Source: an uncultured Actinomycetes bacterium (GTDB lineage: Bacteria; Actinomycetota; Actinomycetes; S36-B12). From it: a stretch of 63,209 nt of DNA. The stretch's first letter is position 1, and every line of letters starts with the position of its first letter. Below, piece after piece: positions 60,603 to 63,209 of the stretch. The notes under the pieces are model-generated. The model saw only the letters and a program-made list of their open reading frames with translations. It had not been told where the DNA came from and searched no databases. A program made the translations under genes and the position numbers. The stretch spans positions 1-63,209 of the forward strand of contig CAJBZP010000068.1 in assembly GCA_903960135.1 (NCBI GenBank), in the 5' to 3' direction.

Positions 60603-60977
60603 TCAGAGCCGTGAAGTTGCGCAGGCTGGCGTCGAGCCGGGTAGTCGGTGTCGATTGGCCGCGACTACTCGGTAACCGCGATCTACCAGGTGGCTGAGCC
60701 CCGGGGTGCTAAGTGCCGCGCCCAAGGCACGCCATGGCTGCGCCGAAGCACGCAGTATCGCCACCACTGCTGGTCCACCGGAAACGGGTGGACCTGCCAT
60801 CGGCACCCACTGCAGGGCACTTTCGCAGGCCACCTGTGAGACCCCAAGTGCGTTGAGATCGGCTCGCTGCCACGCGATGATGGTGGCCGGCGGCTGGACC
60901 CACCGCTGGAGTTTTCTCGCACTCCACGTGCAAAAGCCACAGTCTCCGTCAAAGAGGACTGTGGCTTTAGCTCGCAT
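60603..60977 (-). CDS. DCC-family thiol-disulfide oxidoreductase (DUF393)
   Basis: VLFDGDCGFCTWSARKLQRW motif. The start is moved to ATG 60977 to avoid overlap with erpA. Confidence 0.75.
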   Translation of the reverse strand: MRAKATVLFDGDCGFCTWSARKLQRWVQPPATIIAWQRADLNALGVSQVACESALQWVPMAGPPVSGGPAVVAILRASAQPWRALGAALSTPGLSHLVDRGYRVVAANRHRLPGSTPACATSRL

Positions 60978-60987
60978 AATTAACTCG

Positions 60988-61359
60988 TTAGCTGAATGAA
61001 TCCCCGCAGGCGCAAGAGCTACCCGCATTCGGGTTATCAATTGTGAAGCCCTGCTTTTCGATGGTGTCGACGAAGTCAATAGTGGCACCGCCTAGGTACG
61101 GGGCGCTCATCCGATCGGTCACCACGCCGACCCCGTTGTAATCCTTGATGACATCGCCATCGAGGCTGCGGTCGTCGAAGAAGAGTTGATAGCGAAGGCC
61201 TGAGCAACCACCAGGCTGCACGGCCACCCGAAGGGTTAGATCATCTCGGCCCTCCGCGTCAAGAAGTGTCTTGACCTTGAGCGCAGCAGCATCAGTCAGG
61301 ACGATCCCGGTGCTGATCGGTTCGCTCGTGACCTGCTCGGTCGTGGTGTCGGCAGACAT
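60988..61359 (-). CDS. erpA: HesB/IscA-family iron-sulfur cluster insertion protein
   Basis: C-terminal NPNAGSSCACGDSFS and internal GCSGLRY. ATG 61359 is preceded by GAAGGGG. Confidence 0.85.
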   Translation of the reverse strand: MSADTTTEQVTSEPISTGIVLTDAAALKVKTLLDAEGRDDLTLRVAVQPGGCSGLRYQLFFDDRSLDGDVIKDYNGVGVVTDRMSAPYLGGATIDFVDTIEKQGFTIDNPNAGSSCACGDSFS

Positions 61360-61485
61360 GTTTACCCCTTCATTTGTGCTGGCGCCGGTGCTGGCGCTGG
61401 TGCTATAAGTATTGAAACAGGAGTCTACGACAGTTTTAACCATTCGCCCAGCGACACTATTCCCGAAGGCCCGGGTCTTCGGCCG

Positions 61486-62724
61486 GTGACCCTTGGGATG
61501 CCTGATTCTGCCGGGTGCGGAACAATAACCCTCGTGACCGGGTTACTGCACGAACCTCAGCCAACCCCACTGGCATTGCTGTTGCTCGGCCAAGATGCCG
61601 ACCCCGGGAGTGAACGGGGGGTTGAGTGCCCCGGCGCCTTGCCCGCCGCAAGTGACCCAGACCTCGTAGATCGGGCCGCCGCAGCCAAGGCCGAGCTGGG
61701 TGATCGGCTTTTTATCCTCGGCCACCACTACCAGCGTGGTGAGGTTATTGACTTCGCCGACGTCACCGGTGACTCATTCAAGCTTGCCCAGCAAGCCGCG
61801 GCACACCCAGCAGCCGAGTTCATCGTTTTTTGTGGTGTGCACTTCATGGCCGAAAGTGCCGATATTCTCACCGCTGACAACCAGCAGGTGATACTGCCTG
61901 ATCTTGCCGCTGGCTGCTCAATGGCCGACATGGCAAATATCGCGCAAGTTGAGCACTGCTGGGAAGAGTTAGAGCAGGCCGGTATCGCTGAAGTCACGAT
62001 CCCAATAACTTACATGAATTCCACCGCAGCCATCAAGGCATTTACCGGCCGGCACGGGGGCGCCGTCTGCACTTCGAGTAATGCCGAGCGCAGTATGCGT
62101 TGGGCCTTCGAACAGGGCGAAAAAGTGCTTTTTCTGCCCGACCAGCACCTTGGGCGAAATACCGCGGTGCGCGAACTCGGGCTCGAGCTAACCGACTGCG
62201 TGGTTTTTGATCCACGCAAGCCACTCGGCGGCCGCACCGCCGATCAGTTGCGCGATGCGAAAGTCATCCTCTGGAAAGGCCATTGTTCAGTGCACGGACG
62301 CTTCACCGCCGATTGCGTAGACGATGTCCGTGAACGTATCCCAGGTGTCACGGTTATCGTCCATCCAGAGTGCACCTACGAGGTCGTCACCAAGGCCGAT
62401 GTTGTCGGCTCAACAGAAAAGATCATCGCCACCATCGCCGCGGCTCCTCCTGGGAGCGCATGGGCCATTGGTACCGAATTGAATCTAGTAAAACGCCTTG
62501 CCCAAAACCACCCCGACAAGACAATTGCCTACCTGGATAAGTCGGTGTGCTTCTGCTCGACGATGAACCGCATTGACCTACCGCACCTCGTTTGGGTTCT
62601 TGAGTCGTTGGTCGCCGGGACCGTGGTCAACCAAATCGAGGTCGATCCCGAAACCGCCAAGTGGGCCAAGGTCTCACTCGACCGCATGCTTGCCCTCCCG
62701 GGGCCAGATGCCAAAGCCGACTAG
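61486..62724 (+). CDS. nadA: quinolinate synthase
   Basis: 412 aa. ILGHHYQR and VFCGVHFMAESADIL motifs, plus conserved Cys ligands. The exact start is uncertain. Confidence 0.9.
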   Translation: MTLGMPDSAGCGTITLVTGLLHEPQPTPLALLLLGQDADPGSERGVECPGALPAASDPDLVDRAAAAKAELGDRLFILGHHYQRGEVIDFADVTGDSFKLAQQAAAHPAAEFIVFCGVHFMAESADILTADNQQVILPDLAAGCSMADMANIAQVEHCWEELEQAGIAEVTIPITYMNSTAAIKAFTGRHGGAVCTSSNAERSMRWAFEQGEKVLFLPDQHLGRNTAVRELGLELTDCVVFDPRKPLGGRTADQLRDAKVILWKGHCSVHGRFTADCVDDVRERIPGVTVIVHPECTYEVVTKADVVGSTEKIIATIAAAPPGSAWAIGTELNLVKRLAQNHPDKTIAYLDKSVCFCSTMNRIDLPHLVWVLESLVAGTVVNQIEVDPETAKWAKVSLDRMLALPGPDAKAD

Positions 62725-62735
62725 GCTGCGCAATC

Positions 62736-63209
62736 ATGTTCGGACTTAATCGCAGGAACGCCGCAGCCAATGATGCTGTTGACACTCATGGGGTGGGGCA
62801 AAGCGCCCCGGGCCAGGTGGCCGGTGGCGGCAAGGGCCACGCCACCCCATCGCGTCGCGAGGCGGAGGAGGCACGCAAGAGCCAGCTGAAGATCCCGAAG
62901 GACCCTAAAGCCGCAAAGAAGGCATCGCGGCAACGCGATCAAGAAGATCGGGCCCGCGCCCGCGAAGGCATGCGCAACGGCGAGGAGAAATACCTGCCAG
63001 CCCGCGACCGGGGCCCGGCTAGGGCATTCGCACGAGACTTCGTCGATGGTCGCGTTACCTTGGCAGAGTTTTTCATCTTCATCGCCGTTGCGGTACTCGC
63101 CCTTGGCTTTATCCGAAATCCGCTGATCCAAAGTTGGGTATCAATCGGGTTCTTCGCCCTGACGGCACTCATCGTCGTCGACACCGTCGTATTGCTGGTG
63201 CAGTTGAGC
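62736..63209 (+). CDS. DUF3043-like membrane protein (3' end beyond window)
   Basis: Not in the ORF track because it runs off the window. Manual translation from ATG 62736: MFGLNRRNAAAND...GKGHATPSRREAEEARKSQLKIPKDPKAAKK...LAEFFIFIAVAVLALGF. The basic N-terminus followed by TM helices matches the conserved actinobacterial DUF3043 pattern. The antisense ORF 62721-63131 is rejected. Confidence 0.65.
   Translation, partial: MFGLNRRNAAANDAVDTHGVGQSAPGQVAGGGKGHATPSRREAEEARKSQLKIPKDPKAAKKASRQRDQEDRARAREGMRNGEEKYLPARDRGPARAFARDFVDGRVTLAEFFIFIAVAVLALGFIRNPLIQSWVSIGFFALTALIVVDTVVLLVQLS

Overview
High-GC Actinomycetota chromosomal segment, densely packed with about 70 genes, most of them conserved housekeeping. 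From memory, gene order is largely collinear with two Mycobacterium tuberculosis neighbourhoods: gatCAB-ligA-mnmA-iscS-etfBA, and metF-idsA...pknL-aroG...fadD15-ripC-Rv2191-trpD-ctaE-qcrCAB-ctaF/C-adoK-erpA.

Content from left to right:
- ilvD (partial), a 2-hydroxyacid dehydrogenase, gatBAC, ligA, mnmA, a cysteine desulfurase, etfAB
- a rhodanese lipoprotein, YbaK, EamA, GNAT
- two carotenoid modules (cruF-like/GT2/crtD-like and crtE-I-B plus crtYc/Yd) split by metF
- a TPP riboswitch driving a PnuC-type transporter and a NadR-kinase-like gene
- a four-PASTA Ser/Thr kinase, a PLP decarboxylase, ogt, class II DAHP synthase, pfkA, glpK, plsC, a lipase-like hydrolase, ROK glucokinase
- an ArsA/Get3-like operon, fadD, a RipC-like NlpC/P60 hydrolase, a DnaQ/GIY-YIG protein, trpD
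- the full bc1-aa3 respiratory supercomplex genes (ctaE, qcrCAB, ctaFDC)
- a degenerate cysteine desulfurase plus TusA, aat, adoK, a DCC protein, erpA, nadA and a partial DUF3043 gene

The one clearly accessory piece is a 1.77-kb islet (42614-44386) inserted 77 bp inside the 3' end of the ripC-like gene. It is bracketed by 108-bp direct repeats that rebuild the gene. It carries a low-GC segment with ambiguous small ORFs, an orphan secreted six-Cys protein, and the C-terminal remnant of an IscB/IsrB-type (OMEGA) nuclease.

Other points worth follow-up:
- TPP-riboswitch control of a PnuC/NadR-like pair, implying thiamine salvage and a candidate new thiamine kinase
- a CsoR/CstR-type operator in front of the rhodanese gene
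- a PLP-lysine-less desulfurase paralog coupled to TusA
- a possible c-di-AMP-type leader upstream of ripC
- a decayed DUF3024 gene in an AT-rich spacer between qcrB and ctaF

No rRNA, tRNA or CRISPR array was seen. All calls come from reading the translations and sequence by eye; no searches were run.
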